64,000 nt of DNA, taken from assembly GCA_005881435.1 (NCBI GenBank), contig VBHP01000028.1:4538-68537 (forward strand), written 5' to 3'. The notes below the pieces were generated by a model that saw only the letters and a program-made list of their open reading frames with translations, was not told where the DNA came from and searched no databases. The position numbers and the translations under genes were made by a program. This document shows, piece by piece, positions 8,586 to 17,403 of the stretch. The stretch's first letter is position 1; the number at the start of each line of letters is the position of its first letter. This DNA comes from Chloroflexota bacterium. Lineage in GTDB: Bacteria; Chloroflexota; Limnocylindria; P2-11E; CF-107.

Positions 8586-8899
8586 GACGAATGGGTCGAC
8601 GTCAGCGGAGCGCGTCCGGTCGTCCGGACCGTGGGTGCCGTCGAGCCAAAGGGCACGACCTGTCGCGTTCGACCACGCGCCGGCACCACCGTCGGTTGTG
8701 GCGTTGACGCCGCCGGCTGATCGACTGCGGGCTGGAGCGGGGCGCCGGCGATGTAGATATGCGCGCTGGCATAGGACAACGAGCCCAGCAGGACCGCGAA
8801 GGTGGCGCAGACCGAACCGATTTTCAGCCACCACGCCGGAAGGCCCCGCGCGCGGCGCCGCACCGTGGTGGTCGTGTCAGCGATCTCGAGGCGCTGCAT
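8582..8899 (-). CDS. Hypothetical membrane-anchored Pro/Thr-rich protein (105 aa)
   Basis: The inner part of ORF 8582..9190, starting at MQRLEIADTTT. One TM helix (LPAWWLKIGSVCATFAVLLGSL) is followed by a P/T-rich tail. It exactly fills the gap between the two flanking minus-strand genes and its stop overlaps the next start. Confidence 0.35.
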   Translation of the reverse strand: MQRLEIADTTTTVRRRARGLPAWWLKIGSVCATFAVLLGSLSYASAHIYIAGAPLQPAVDQPAASTPQPTVVPARGRTRQVVPFGSTAPTVRTTGRAPLTSTHSS

Positions 8900-8907
8900 G
8901 ACTGGTC

Positions 8908-9111
8908 TTACGCCCGTCCGACCGGGACAGCGCGTGGTCTGTGGCGGGTCGCGATCGAGTGCAACCAGGTTGCCGCCGAATGCACGAGGAGGACCGGCAC
9001 GAGGATCTGTCCGAGGACCGGCAACTGCGCAAGTGCCGCGAGCAGCAGCATGTACACCGCCGCGCTGACCGCCAGCGTTGGGTTGACCGGAAGGTGTGTC
9101 AGGAGCGTCAT
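8908..9111 (-). CDS. Small membrane protein (67 aa, hypothetical)
   Basis: Strong SD GAGAGGAGG 4 nt upstream of ATG 9111. Two hydrophobic helices. Confidence 0.45.
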   Translation of the reverse strand: MTLLTHLPVNPTLAVSAAVYMLLLAALAQLPVLGQILVPVLLVHSAATWLHSIATRHRPRAVPVGRA

Positions 9112-9188
9112 CTCGCCTCCTCTCGGTCTCTAAGCACATCACGCGGCCGCGCGGCCCGCATGAGAGCCGGGTAAGAGCACGAACGCGC

Positions 9189-9215
9189 AAGGCCCAGGCG
9201 ATCTGCCTGGGCCTT
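9189..9215 (-). terminator. Perfect 11-bp stem-loop downstream of the YggT-like gene
   Basis: AAGGCCCAGGC-gatct-GCCTGGGCCTT. On the minus-strand transcript it is followed by GUUCGUGCUCUU, which is moderately U-rich. Confidence 0.35.
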
Positions 9216-9237
9216 GGAGTGTGAGTCGGTCTCGTCG

Positions 9238-9624
9238 CTAGTAGTAGCGAGGCGTGAGGGCCCGGATCAGCGCGACGATGAGCGCCTCGACCAGGACCAA
9301 GAACGCCAGCGATAGCAGCGCCGCGATCTCGAGCTGTGCTCCGGCTCCCGGCTGCGGAAAGATGCCGTAGAACGGACGGACCAGGGGCTCGGTGAGGCCA
9401 TACAGCGCAGCGATCACGCCGTTGGCCGAGTTCGCGTTTCCCAGCTTCATGATGAAGCGGATCAGCAACAGCACCTCGAAGATGCCGAAGATCAGATAGA
9501 CGAGCTGCAGGATCACGCGCGTGGCGTACGCGCTGTCGTACGTCGTCGTGCGGTGCTCCCGCACTACCGGTCTCTCGGTCCGATCCTCTTCGACGTGCAC
9601 CCTGCGTGTCGGTTCGTGGGCCAT
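9238..9624 (-). CDS. YggT-family small integral membrane protein
   Basis: 128 aa from ATG 9624 (SD GGGAGG upstream). Hydrophobic core LVYLIFGIFEVLLLIRFIMKL and C-terminal QLEIAALLSLAFLVLVEALIVALI. The upstream ORF extension is antisense to the thioesterase gene. Confidence 0.55.
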   Translation of the reverse strand: MAHEPTRRVHVEEDRTERPVVREHRTTTYDSAYATRVILQLVYLIFGIFEVLLLIRFIMKLGNANSANGVIAALYGLTEPLVRPFYGIFPQPGAGAQLEIAALLSLAFLVLVEALIVALIRALTPRYY

Positions 9625-9714
9625 TGAAACCTCCCGGTAAGACTCAACCCGGACTCGCTTGCCTGCACCGGCCGTGCCACGACCGATCAAGCCGATCGCC
9701 GTATCCTCGCCGCC

Positions 9715-10137
9715 GTGCCCCGGAGCGCGTCCGCCGACTTCCCGTTCGCGTACCGTCAGCGGGTGCGCTTTGGCGAGACGGACATGCAAGGCGTGGTCTA
9801 CTACGCGAACTATCTGCTGTACGCCGAGGTCGGCCGCTTCGCCTACCTGCAGCACAGCGGTTTCGATTACCGCCGCGACCTGCTGGACCAAGGCCTGGAC
9901 TTCACCATCGCCAGCGCCACGGTGCGCTACCTGTCGCCGCTGCGCTATCCGGATGAGTTCGACATCCGGGTGAAGGTCGGTGCGGTCCGGCACTCCTCGT
10001 GGAGCTTCGAGTACCTCGTCACACGGGCCGATGGCGCCAGTTGCGCCGAGATCGAGACCGCGCAAGTGGTGCTCGACCGAGAGACGGGTCGTCCGACACG
10101 GATTCCCGCGGCGCTCGCTGAGCGCCTCCGCGCATGA
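9715..10137 (+). CDS. Acyl-CoA thioesterase, 4-hydroxybenzoyl-CoA thioesterase (YbgC/hotdog) family
   Basis: 140 aa. VRFGETDMQGVVYYANYLLYAEVGR matches the hotdog-fold 4HBT active-site region. Confidence 0.85.
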   Translation: MPRSASADFPFAYRQRVRFGETDMQGVVYYANYLLYAEVGRFAYLQHSGFDYRRDLLDQGLDFTIASATVRYLSPLRYPDEFDIRVKVGAVRHSSWSFEYLVTRADGASCAEIETAQVVLDRETGRPTRIPAALAERLRA

Positions 10138-10826
10138 GGCTGGTCTTCGTCCACGCCGCCGGATCGAGCGGTGACGAGTGGGTGCAACAGCGGCTCGCGT
10201 TCAGTGGCGCGTACGAGGTCGCGACGCCCGATCTGCCCGGACACGGACGCTCGGCGGAGGAGCCGCTGCGGCGGATCGAGGACATGGCCGAGTGGCTCGA
10301 GCGGACGCAGGACATCGCGCGAGCCGTGTTGATCGGGCACTCCATGGGTGCGGCGGCGGCGCTCGGCGTTGCCGCGCGGGCCATCTCGCTGCGCGGCCTG
10401 GTCCTGATCGGCGCGGCGCTACAGCCGCGCGTTCCCGAAGGTTTCGTCGAGCGCGTGGCGCTCGACCCGACGGTCGCGGTCGAGCGTTTGGCGACGAACG
10501 GATTCGCGCGTGGCACGCGCATGGCGGTGGTGGAGAAGGCGAGCGCGTATCTGGCGCGGACCGATCCGAACGTGCTGGCTGCCGATTTCGCCGCGACGGC
10601 CGCATTCGACGCGACGGCGTTCGTTTCGCGGGTGCGCGTCCCGACGCTTGTGGTGACCGGCGCCGAGGATCGCCTGACCACGGTCGCCGACGCCGAGGCG
10701 CTGGCGCGCGGCATCCGGGGCGCGGAGCTCGCGGTGATCGACGGCGCCGGACATATGGTCATGCTCGAGCGGCCGCGCGAATTCGACGAACGTCTGGAAC
10801 GATTCTTCCGCGGGCTGAGCGGATGA
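10134..10826 (+). CDS. Alpha/beta-fold hydrolase
   Basis: ATGA overlap with the upstream gene. Nucleophile elbow GHSMGAAAAL. HG motif VFVHAAGSSG. Confidence 0.8.
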   Translation: MRLVFVHAAGSSGDEWVQQRLAFSGAYEVATPDLPGHGRSAEEPLRRIEDMAEWLERTQDIARAVLIGHSMGAAAALGVAARAISLRGLVLIGAALQPRVPEGFVERVALDPTVAVERLATNGFARGTRMAVVEKASAYLARTDPNVLAADFAATAAFDATAFVSRVRVPTLVVTGAEDRLTTVADAEALARGIRGAELAVIDGAGHMVMLERPREFDERLERFFRGLSG

Positions 10827-11939
10827 TCCTCGAGCTTCCCGAAGAGCTCGCGCTGTTGCAGCGCACCGTCCGCGACTTCACCGAGGACGTCCTGCAGCCG
10901 CACTCCCGCGAGGTCGAGGAGCAGAGCACGATCCCGCGCTCGCTCATTGACGCCATGGCGAAGGTCGGTCTGTTCGGCGTTCCATTCGCTGAGGACTGCG
11001 GCGGCAGCGGGTTGGGCAAGCTCGGCTATGTCGTGGCGGTGGAGCAGCTCTCGCGCACGAACGCGGCCTTCTGGAACGTGGTCGGTGCCTCTGCCGGGCT
11101 CTGCGGCATCGCCGTCGACGTCGATGGCTCGGCGGACCTCAAACACCGCTACCTCATGGAGATCGCCACCGGCCGAAAGATCGGCGCGTACGCGTTGTCC
11201 GAGCCGGGATCGGGAAGCGACGCGGCGAGCCTGACCACCGCCGCGCGGCGCGATGGCGACGACTATGTCATCAACCGACACCTTCGTCATCTTCTTCACC
11301 CTCGATCGCGCCAAGGGCTCGAAGGGCATCTGCGCCGTCGTCGTCGAGCGCGACGCGCCCGGACTCGAGGTCGGCAAGAACGACGAGAAGATGGGGCTGC
11401 ATGGTTCCACCACCGCGCAGCTGTTCTTTCGCGACATGCGCGTGCCGGTGGCGAACCGAATCGGTGACGAGGGCAAGGGCTTTGCGACCGCGCTCAAGAC
11501 GCTGGACATCGGCCGCATCGGTCTGGCGGCACACAGCGTCGGCGCCGCGCAACGTCTGCTCGAAGGCTCTCTCGAGCATGCCAAAGCCCGCCGCCAGTTC
11601 GGCAAGAGCATCGCCGAGGCTCAGGCCATTCAATGGATGCTCGCCGACGCCGCCACCGAGATCCACGCCGCGCGACTGATGACCTACGACGCGGCCGCGC
11701 GCGCCGATCGCGGCGAACGTGTGACGCAGCGCGCCGCGATGACCAAGCTGTTCGCCACGGAGATGCTCGGCCGCGTCGCCGACGCCGCGGTCCAGATCCA
11801 CGGCGGCATGGGCTACATGAGGGAGCTCTGGATCGAGCGGGCGTACCGGGATGCCCGGATCACCCGGATCTACGAAGGCACGAGCGAGATGCAGCGCCTA
11901 GTCATCGCTCGTGGGCTACTGGAGGATTCAGGCGCCTAA
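10823..11939 (+). pseudogene. Acyl-CoA dehydrogenase disrupted by an internal deletion plus frameshift near 11275
   Basis: N-part (frame of 10823: ..GAYALSEPGSGSDAASLTTAARRDGDDYVIN) and C-part (frame of 11253: TDTFVIFFTLDR..IHGGMGYMRE..IYEGTSEMQR) are both ACAD-like but lie in different frames. About 12 conserved residues (GxKxWIxNGGxx, compare the intact paralog at 12373..13533) are missing at the junction. Confidence 0.75.
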
Positions 11940-12100
11940 CGCCGTACGAAAAGCGAGCGTCCTGGCAGGGTCTGGCTGTGTCCTCATTGTGGAAAAGTGC
12001 CAATAAACGGTGGAAAACCGCCCTCGGTGAGCGTGAAATGAACGACTTTCATGTGGACAAGCTGCACGTCCGATACCCGGACACTCAGTCGTCGCTGACC

Positions 12101-12376
12101 TCATTCTTCGGGCTCGGCCGACAGCGCCTCGGCATACAGCTCGGGGTCGATGCCAAGCTCTTCCAGCACGGCGACGAGACTGTCGCGCTGATCGGCGGGA
12201 GTGGTCTCGATCCAGCCGCGGACGACGTCGTCGGTGTCGACCGCGCCGGCGCCACGCTCGCCGGCGAACCCTTCGGCTTCGACGCGGGCGGCGCCCTCGG
12301 CCAGCGAGCGGAACGTGTCGGGCACCATGCGCAGCAGCGCCGCCAGCAGGTCTTCGGCGGCCTCGGTCCAGCTCAT
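12101..12376 (-). CDS. Small acidic hypothetical protein (91 aa)
   Basis: Start overlaps the stop of the upstream ACAD (ATGA). GC3-biased. No motif recognised. Confidence 0.45.
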   Translation of the reverse strand: MSWTEAAEDLLAALLRMVPDTFRSLAEGAARVEAEGFAGERGAGAVDTDDVVRGWIETTPADQRDSLVAVLEELGIDPELYAEALSAEPEE

Positions 12377-13533
12377 CCGGCCACCGCGTCGATTCCGGTG
12401 ATAGCGCGTCCGATGATCAGCTTCTGGATCTGCGTCGTGCCCTCGTAGAGCCGGTTCACGCGCGCGTCACGCCAGTAGCGCTCGACCGGGAACTCATCGG
12501 AGAAGCCGTAGCCGCCGTGGATCTGGATGGCCATGTCGGCGCAGCGTTGCGCGGCTTCGGCCGCGTAGAGTTTGGCGATCGACGTTTCACGCGTGCTCGG
12601 TAGACCTTTGTTCTTCACCGCGCCGGCGCGCCACACCAGCAAGCGCGCCGCCTCGGTCTCGACGGTCATGTCCGCCAGCATCTCTTGCACCAGCTGATGA
12701 GCCGCGATCGGCTTGCCGAAGGTCTGACGCTGCGTCGCATATGACACCGACGCGTCGAGGCAAGCCTGCGCCACGCCGACGGCGCCGGCCGCGACCGAGT
12801 AGCGGCCGGAGTCGAGGGCCGCCATCGCGATCGCGAACCCCTGACCGAGTTCACCGAGTCGCATGGAGTCGGGGACGCGAACGTCCTCGAACACCAGCTC
12901 GCTGGTGTCGCTGGAACGAAGGCCCAGCTTCCCGTGGATCGGCGGACTGCCGTAGGGCTGATGCTCGCGCGACAGCAGAAAGGCGGTGATGCCCTTGGTC
13001 TTGGGCGCCTTCGCATCGGTCCGGGCGAAGATCAGCGCGAGCTGCGACACGCCGCCGTTCGAGATCCACATCTTGCGGCCGTTGATGATCCAGTCGTCAC
13101 CGTCCTTGATCGCCGTCGTCTGCAGTGCGGCCGCATCGGTGCCGGAGGCGGGCTCGGTCAGGCCAAAGCACCCGATGACCTCGCCACGGCAGAGGCGGGG
13201 CAGCCAGGCCTGCTTCTGCTTCGGCGTGCCGAACTTCAGGATCGTCAGCTCGACCAGGGAGATCTGCACCGAGAGCGTCGTGCGCACCGACGAATCCGCG
13301 CGTCCGACCTCTTCGGTGATCAGTGCGTGGCTGATGTAGTCGATGCCCATCCCGCCGTACTGCTCCGGGACCGGTCCGCCGAGAAAACCGAGCGGCGCCA
13401 TCTTCGCCAGGATCTCGGCCGGGAAACGCTGCTCCCGATCGCGCTCACGCGCACCCGGCGCGATCTCCCGGTCAGCAAAGTCTTTCGCCAGTTTCCGGAT
13501 CTGCTCCTGCTCGGGAGTGAGATCGAAGTCCAC
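12373..13533 (-). CDS. Acyl-CoA dehydrogenase (short/branched-chain or glutaryl-CoA type), intact
   Basis: 386 aa. GLTEPASGTDAAALQT, DGDDWIINGRKMWISNGG, IHGGYGFSDEFPVERYWRDARVNRLYEGTTQIQ. Confidence 0.9.
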   Translation of the reverse strand: MDFDLTPEQEQIRKLAKDFADREIAPGARERDREQRFPAEILAKMAPLGFLGGPVPEQYGGMGIDYISHALITEEVGRADSSVRTTLSVQISLVELTILKFGTPKQKQAWLPRLCRGEVIGCFGLTEPASGTDAAALQTTAIKDGDDWIINGRKMWISNGGVSQLALIFARTDAKAPKTKGITAFLLSREHQPYGSPPIHGKLGLRSSDTSELVFEDVRVPDSMRLGELGQGFAIAMAALDSGRYSVAAGAVGVAQACLDASVSYATQRQTFGKPIAAHQLVQEMLADMTVETEAARLLVWRAGAVKNKGLPSTRETSIAKLYAAEAAQRCADMAIQIHGGYGFSDEFPVERYWRDARVNRLYEGTTQIQKLIIGRAITGIDAVAG

Positions 13534-13609
13534 GTCGAGACTCTACCCACGAGGGAGGAGCGGCGCCGGGCATGCACGGTTACGGCCGGCGCCAGCCTAC
13601 GGAAGCGCG

Positions 13610-13962
13610 CTACTTGACGTTGCCGAGGAAGGCGAGGACGCGTTCTGTGAGCAATCTGGCGGCGTGCTCGTCATATGAAGGCAGGCTGTTGTCGGCGAAC
13701 AAATGCTGGCCGCCGGGGTACAGGCACCACCGAACTCGGAGGTGGGGAGACAGGCGTGGAACAGCAGGGCACCCTTCGCACACAGTCGGGTCTGGGCCAG
13801 CATCTGCGCGGACATCACGCCGGCCTCGAGACTGTCGAAGATCCGTCCCTCGTACAGATCCGGAAGGTGGACGGCATGCCCGGCCCGCCCGAGCTTGTTG
13901 GCGAAGTCGCGGACACCGGAGGTCAGTCCGTGCGCGTGGTGGAACAACAACACTTCAGCCAT
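13610..13962 (-). pseudogene. Dienelactone hydrolase-family gene remnant (truncated and frameshifted)
   Basis: N-terminus MAEVLLFHHAHGLTSGVRDFANKLGRAGHAVHLPDLYEG matches the DLH start. A DLH-like C-terminus (..LYPGGQHLFADNSLPSYDEHAARLLTERVLAFLGNVK*) is readable only in a different frame and ends at TAG 13612..13610. The roughly 100-aa catalytic core is absent. Confidence 0.6.
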
Positions 13963-14012
13963 TCGCGTCTCTAACTCTGGTGCGAAGCGAACGGGTTCGC
14001 TGCGCAGGGGAG

Positions 14013-16112
14013 CTATTCGGCGCCGTTTGTGATCGGCGCCGCGGCGACGGTGTTCTTGCCTCGACGTTTCGCGACGTACAGGGCGTGGTCGGCCTGGCGG
14101 AAGAGCTCCTCGTGATCGCGAGCCGTGGCGGGGTAAGAGGCGATGCCGCCGGAGACGTGAACGTCGATCGGCTCCTCGGCGCCCGGGCCGAACGCACGCG
14201 CCGCGGCCAGACGGATGCGGTCGGCGGTGCTGAGCGCGGCCGCGAGCTCGGTCTCGGGCATGAGCACCAGGAACTCGTCGCCGCCGAAGCGCGCGACGAT
14301 GTCCGTGATGCGCACCTTTTCGCGGATGATCTGCGCCAGCTCGACGAGATACCGGTTTCCCTCCTCGTGTCCGAATCGGTCGTTGACGTTCTTGAGCGAG
14401 TCGCTATCGATCATCACGAGGGAAAGTGGATGGCCGTAGCGCGCGGCGCGCTGGACCTCCTGCTGCACCCGACTGGTGAAATAGCGAGCGTTGTAGAAGC
14501 CGGTCAGCTCGTCGGTGATCGCGAGACGGTGCGCCTCCTCGAAGGCCTGCGCGCGCGCCAGCGTCGTCGCCGCCTGTGCCGCGAGGACCTCGAGGTGACG
14601 CACGTGCTCGTGTCGGAAGAACCCGACGCGCGAGTGCGCGACGACGAGCGTGCCGTAGAAGACGCCTTCGCTGCGGAGCGCCACGCCGGCCATGCTTCGC
14701 ACCATCGGGAGCTCCTCGCGCAAGGTCCAGCGCGGGTCCTGCCAGATGTCGGCCACGATGCGCGGCTGACCGGTGGCGACGATGTCGGCAGAGACGCTGT
14801 CTCGCGAGTCGGCCGGCCGCTCCCGCAGCAGGTCCGCCGGGACCTCATGGAACGCCGCCAGGGTGAAGCCGCCGTCCGGCTCGAGGCGCCACAGCACGCC
14901 GCGCTCGGCGCCGGTCATTTGTACCGACGCACGCAGCACCACGTCGAGGACCTCGTCGATCGTGGTCGAGCGCGAGAGACGAAGGCTGACCTCATACATC
15001 GCGCCGAGCTGACGGAGCTGCGCGCCCTGATCTCGGTGCGCCTCGGCCGCGGATAGCGCGAGGGCGGTCTGGCTGGCGAGCGTCAGGACGAAGCGGTAGT
15101 GGTCCTGGCTGAAGCTCTCGGTCCCGAGCTTCCAGGCGCGAAGGATCCCCAGCAGCCGGTCCTCGGCGACGATCGGCACGATGATGCCCGACCGTGCCTC
15201 GAGCGGGACGCCTGGCAGCTGCGCCATCCGCGGATCGCGCGTCACGTCGGCGAGCAACAGGGCTTGACGGTTCATCGCGACCCAGCCAACGAGGCCTTCG
15301 CCCAAGCGCGGCTTCATCGCGCGCAGCCGCGACTCGTAGTCGCCGGGATAGAGCCGTCGGTCGAAGGTGATCGCCGCGAGCTCCAGCTGCTCTTCCTCGG
15401 AGTGCCAGACGTACAGCGCGGTGGAGTCGGCCGCCGTGAGCCGCTGCACCGCGTCGACCGCGGCCTGAAGCGTGCCCTCCAGATCCAGCGACGCCCCGCG
15501 CTCGGCGACCTCGTGTACGGCCTGCAGCTCGGAGAGACGTTGACTGATCGTCTCGATGTCGCGCCGGCGTGACTGGTTCGCTCGCGCGTTCACCAGGGCC
15601 AGCGCCATCAGCTGCGAGAAGGCGGTGAGCAGCGCCTCGTCGCGATCGGTGAAGTGTCCGATCTCGGGGCTCTGCACGGTGAGGACACCGAGCAGATCGT
15701 CGCGCGCGACGAGCGGGACGTCGATCTCGGAGAGCGTCTCCGGCAACACGGGCACGTACCGCGAGTCTTGTCGCACGTCCGGCACGTTGACGATGCGCCG
15801 GTACAGCGCGCTCGTTCCGGTGAGGCCCTCGCCGAGCCGGATGTGGAAGTTCTTCATCTCCGGTCGGTCCACGCCGACGCCAGCGGCGATCGCCACGGAG
15901 AGCTCCTCTCGCTGCGCATCGAAGAGCAACATCGCGCGCGTCCCGTAACCGAAGCGCTCCCCGAGGATGGCCATCGCGGCATCGAGCACTTCGCGCTCGT
16001 GCGTCGTCGCCAAGAGCAGCGATTCGGCGGCCTTCATCAGCATCGCAAGCTCAGCACCTCGGTCGTTCTCGGGCGATCGAGCCGGTGGCGTGTACCGACG
16101 TTCAGCAGCCAT
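14013..16112 (-). CDS. Diguanylate cyclase with tandem N-terminal GAF sensor domains (GAF-GAF-GGDEF)
   Basis: 699 aa. C-terminal GGDEF domain (RFGGDEFLVLM, FYNARYF, RYGHPLSLVMIDSD) and several GAF-like segments upstream. Confidence 0.9.
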   Translation of the reverse strand: MAAERRYTPPARSPENDRGAELAMLMKAAESLLLATTHEREVLDAAMAILGERFGYGTRAMLLFDAQREELSVAIAAGVGVDRPEMKNFHIRLGEGLTGTSALYRRIVNVPDVRQDSRYVPVLPETLSEIDVPLVARDDLLGVLTVQSPEIGHFTDRDEALLTAFSQLMALALVNARANQSRRRDIETISQRLSELQAVHEVAERGASLDLEGTLQAAVDAVQRLTAADSTALYVWHSEEEQLELAAITFDRRLYPGDYESRLRAMKPRLGEGLVGWVAMNRQALLLADVTRDPRMAQLPGVPLEARSGIIVPIVAEDRLLGILRAWKLGTESFSQDHYRFVLTLASQTALALSAAEAHRDQGAQLRQLGAMYEVSLRLSRSTTIDEVLDVVLRASVQMTGAERGVLWRLEPDGGFTLAAFHEVPADLLRERPADSRDSVSADIVATGQPRIVADIWQDPRWTLREELPMVRSMAGVALRSEGVFYGTLVVAHSRVGFFRHEHVRHLEVLAAQAATTLARAQAFEEAHRLAITDELTGFYNARYFTSRVQQEVQRAARYGHPLSLVMIDSDSLKNVNDRFGHEEGNRYLVELAQIIREKVRITDIVARFGGDEFLVLMPETELAAALSTADRIRLAAARAFGPGAEEPIDVHVSGGIASYPATARDHEELFRQADHALYVAKRRGKNTVAAAPITNGAE

Positions 16113-16218
16113 GGCGTACGCTCATGGTCTTTTGTGAACGCCAAGTGGAACAATCGGTCGCCGGTACCGCCCTCATTACCCCCACTCGGGTGAGATAGCG
16201 AGCGTACGGAGGCGACTT

Positions 16219-17403
16219 CTAGACGCGCTCGAAGATCGCCGCGATGCCCTGACCGCCGCCGATGCACAGCGACGCGAGTCCGTAGCGCTTGCCTCGCTTG
16301 CCGAGCTCCGTCACGAGCGTCACGGCAAGACGCGCGCCCGACGCGCCAAGTGGATGACCGAGGGCGATCGCGCCGCCGTTCACGTTCGTCTTCTCACGAT
16401 CGAGGCCAAGATCCTTCTCCACCGCGAGATATTGCGTGGCGAAAGCCTCGTTGATCTCGACCAGGTCCATGTCGGCCACGCTCAGTCCGGCTCGTGACAG
16501 CGCCTGTCGGCTGGATGGAGCGGGGCCGATGCCCATGATGTCCGGATCGACGCCGCAGACACCTGCGGATACGACCCGGGCGAGCGGCGCGAAGCCCGCC
16601 TCGCGCGCGGCTTTTTCGCCGGCCAGCACGATCGCCGCGGCGCCGTCATTGATGCCGCTGGCGTTGCCGGCGGTGACCGTGCCGTTCTTTTCGAATCGCG
16701 CGGCTAAAGACGCAAGCTTCTCCAGAGTGGTGTCCGCCCGGATGTGCTCGTCCTTGTCGACCACCGCGGTGCCCTTCTTGCCCTTGACCTCGACAGGGAC
16801 GATCTCCTCCGAGAAGCGGCAGGATTCGCGGGCCTTCGCCGCCAGCAGGTGTGACCGGTACGCAAACTCGTCGGCGGCCTCGCGCGTGATCCCGTATTTC
16901 CGACCCAGGTTCTCGGCCGTGTTCGCCATGCCGAGACCGTTGTACGAATCGACGAGCGCCACCCAGAGGTAGTCCTCGAGCTTCTGGTCGCCAAGGCTGA
17001 GCCCCCATCGCGCGCCGCGGATAAGGTGAGGCGACAAGCTCATGTTCTCGCCGCCGCCCGCGAGCACGAAGTCGGCGTTGCCGAGCCGGATCTCGTTGGC
17101 GCCCAGCAGGATCGCCTGCAGACCCGAGCCGCACAGACGATTCACCGTCAGCGCGGGCACTTCCTTGGGAATGCCCGACTTCAGGCCGACGTGACGCGCG
17201 AAGTAGATCGCGTCGCCGGTCGTCTGAAGGACGTTGCCCATGATCACGTGGCCGATCTGCCGTGGGTCGACGTGGCTTCGTTCCACGGCTGCCTTCGCGG
17301 CGATGACCGCGAGGTCCGTACCCGAGACATCGCGAAGCGCGCCGCCGAACGTGCCGAACGGCGTTCGCGCGCCACCGAGAATCACGACGTCGTCGGTCTT
17401 CAT
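16219..17403 (-). CDS. Acetyl-CoA C-acetyltransferase (thiolase II)
   Basis: 394 aa from ATG 17403 (SD GAGGAGG upstream). The start overlaps the stop of the upstream gene. Thiolase motifs VNRLCGSGLQA, NASGINDGAAA, GGGQGIAAIFER. The 134-aa upstream extension in the ORF is Arg-rich junk. Confidence 0.9.
   Translation of the reverse strand: MKTDDVVILGGARTPFGTFGGALRDVSGTDLAVIAAKAAVERSHVDPRQIGHVIMGNVLQTTGDAIYFARHVGLKSGIPKEVPALTVNRLCGSGLQAILLGANEIRLGNADFVLAGGGENMSLSPHLIRGARWGLSLGDQKLEDYLWVALVDSYNGLGMANTAENLGRKYGITREAADEFAYRSHLLAAKARESCRFSEEIVPVEVKGKKGTAVVDKDEHIRADTTLEKLASLAARFEKNGTVTAGNASGINDGAAAIVLAGEKAAREAGFAPLARVVSAGVCGVDPDIMGIGPAPSSRQALSRAGLSVADMDLVEINEAFATQYLAVEKDLGLDREKTNVNGGAIALGHPLGASGARLAVTLVTELGKRGKRYGLASLCIGGGQGIAAIFERV

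Noticed and set aside
8034-8834. Full 266-aa ORF for the ferric-reductase-like protein
   Set aside because: The N-terminal 83 aa have no TM helix and are Arg-rich. A separate 105-aa gene fits the same interval in another frame with GTGA coupling.
10178-11467. 429-aa Arg-rich ORF
   Set aside because: It is the correct frame only for the ACAD N-terminal half (from 10823). Upstream it is antisense or out of frame with the hydrolase, and after ~11277 it reads past the deletion into junk.
11940-12100. 21-aa minus-strand ORF (MKVVHFTLTEGGFPPFIGTFPQ) in the AT-rich intergenic island
   Set aside because: No SD and no supporting context. Mentioned only as a possibility under the AT-rich island finding.
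16113-16218. Possible terminator hairpin between thiolase and the GGDEF gene (..CTCATTACCCCCACTCGGGTGAG..)
   Set aside because: The stem is imperfect (wobble pairs and mismatches) and there is no U-tract in the transcribed orientation. More likely part of the GGDEF promoter region.
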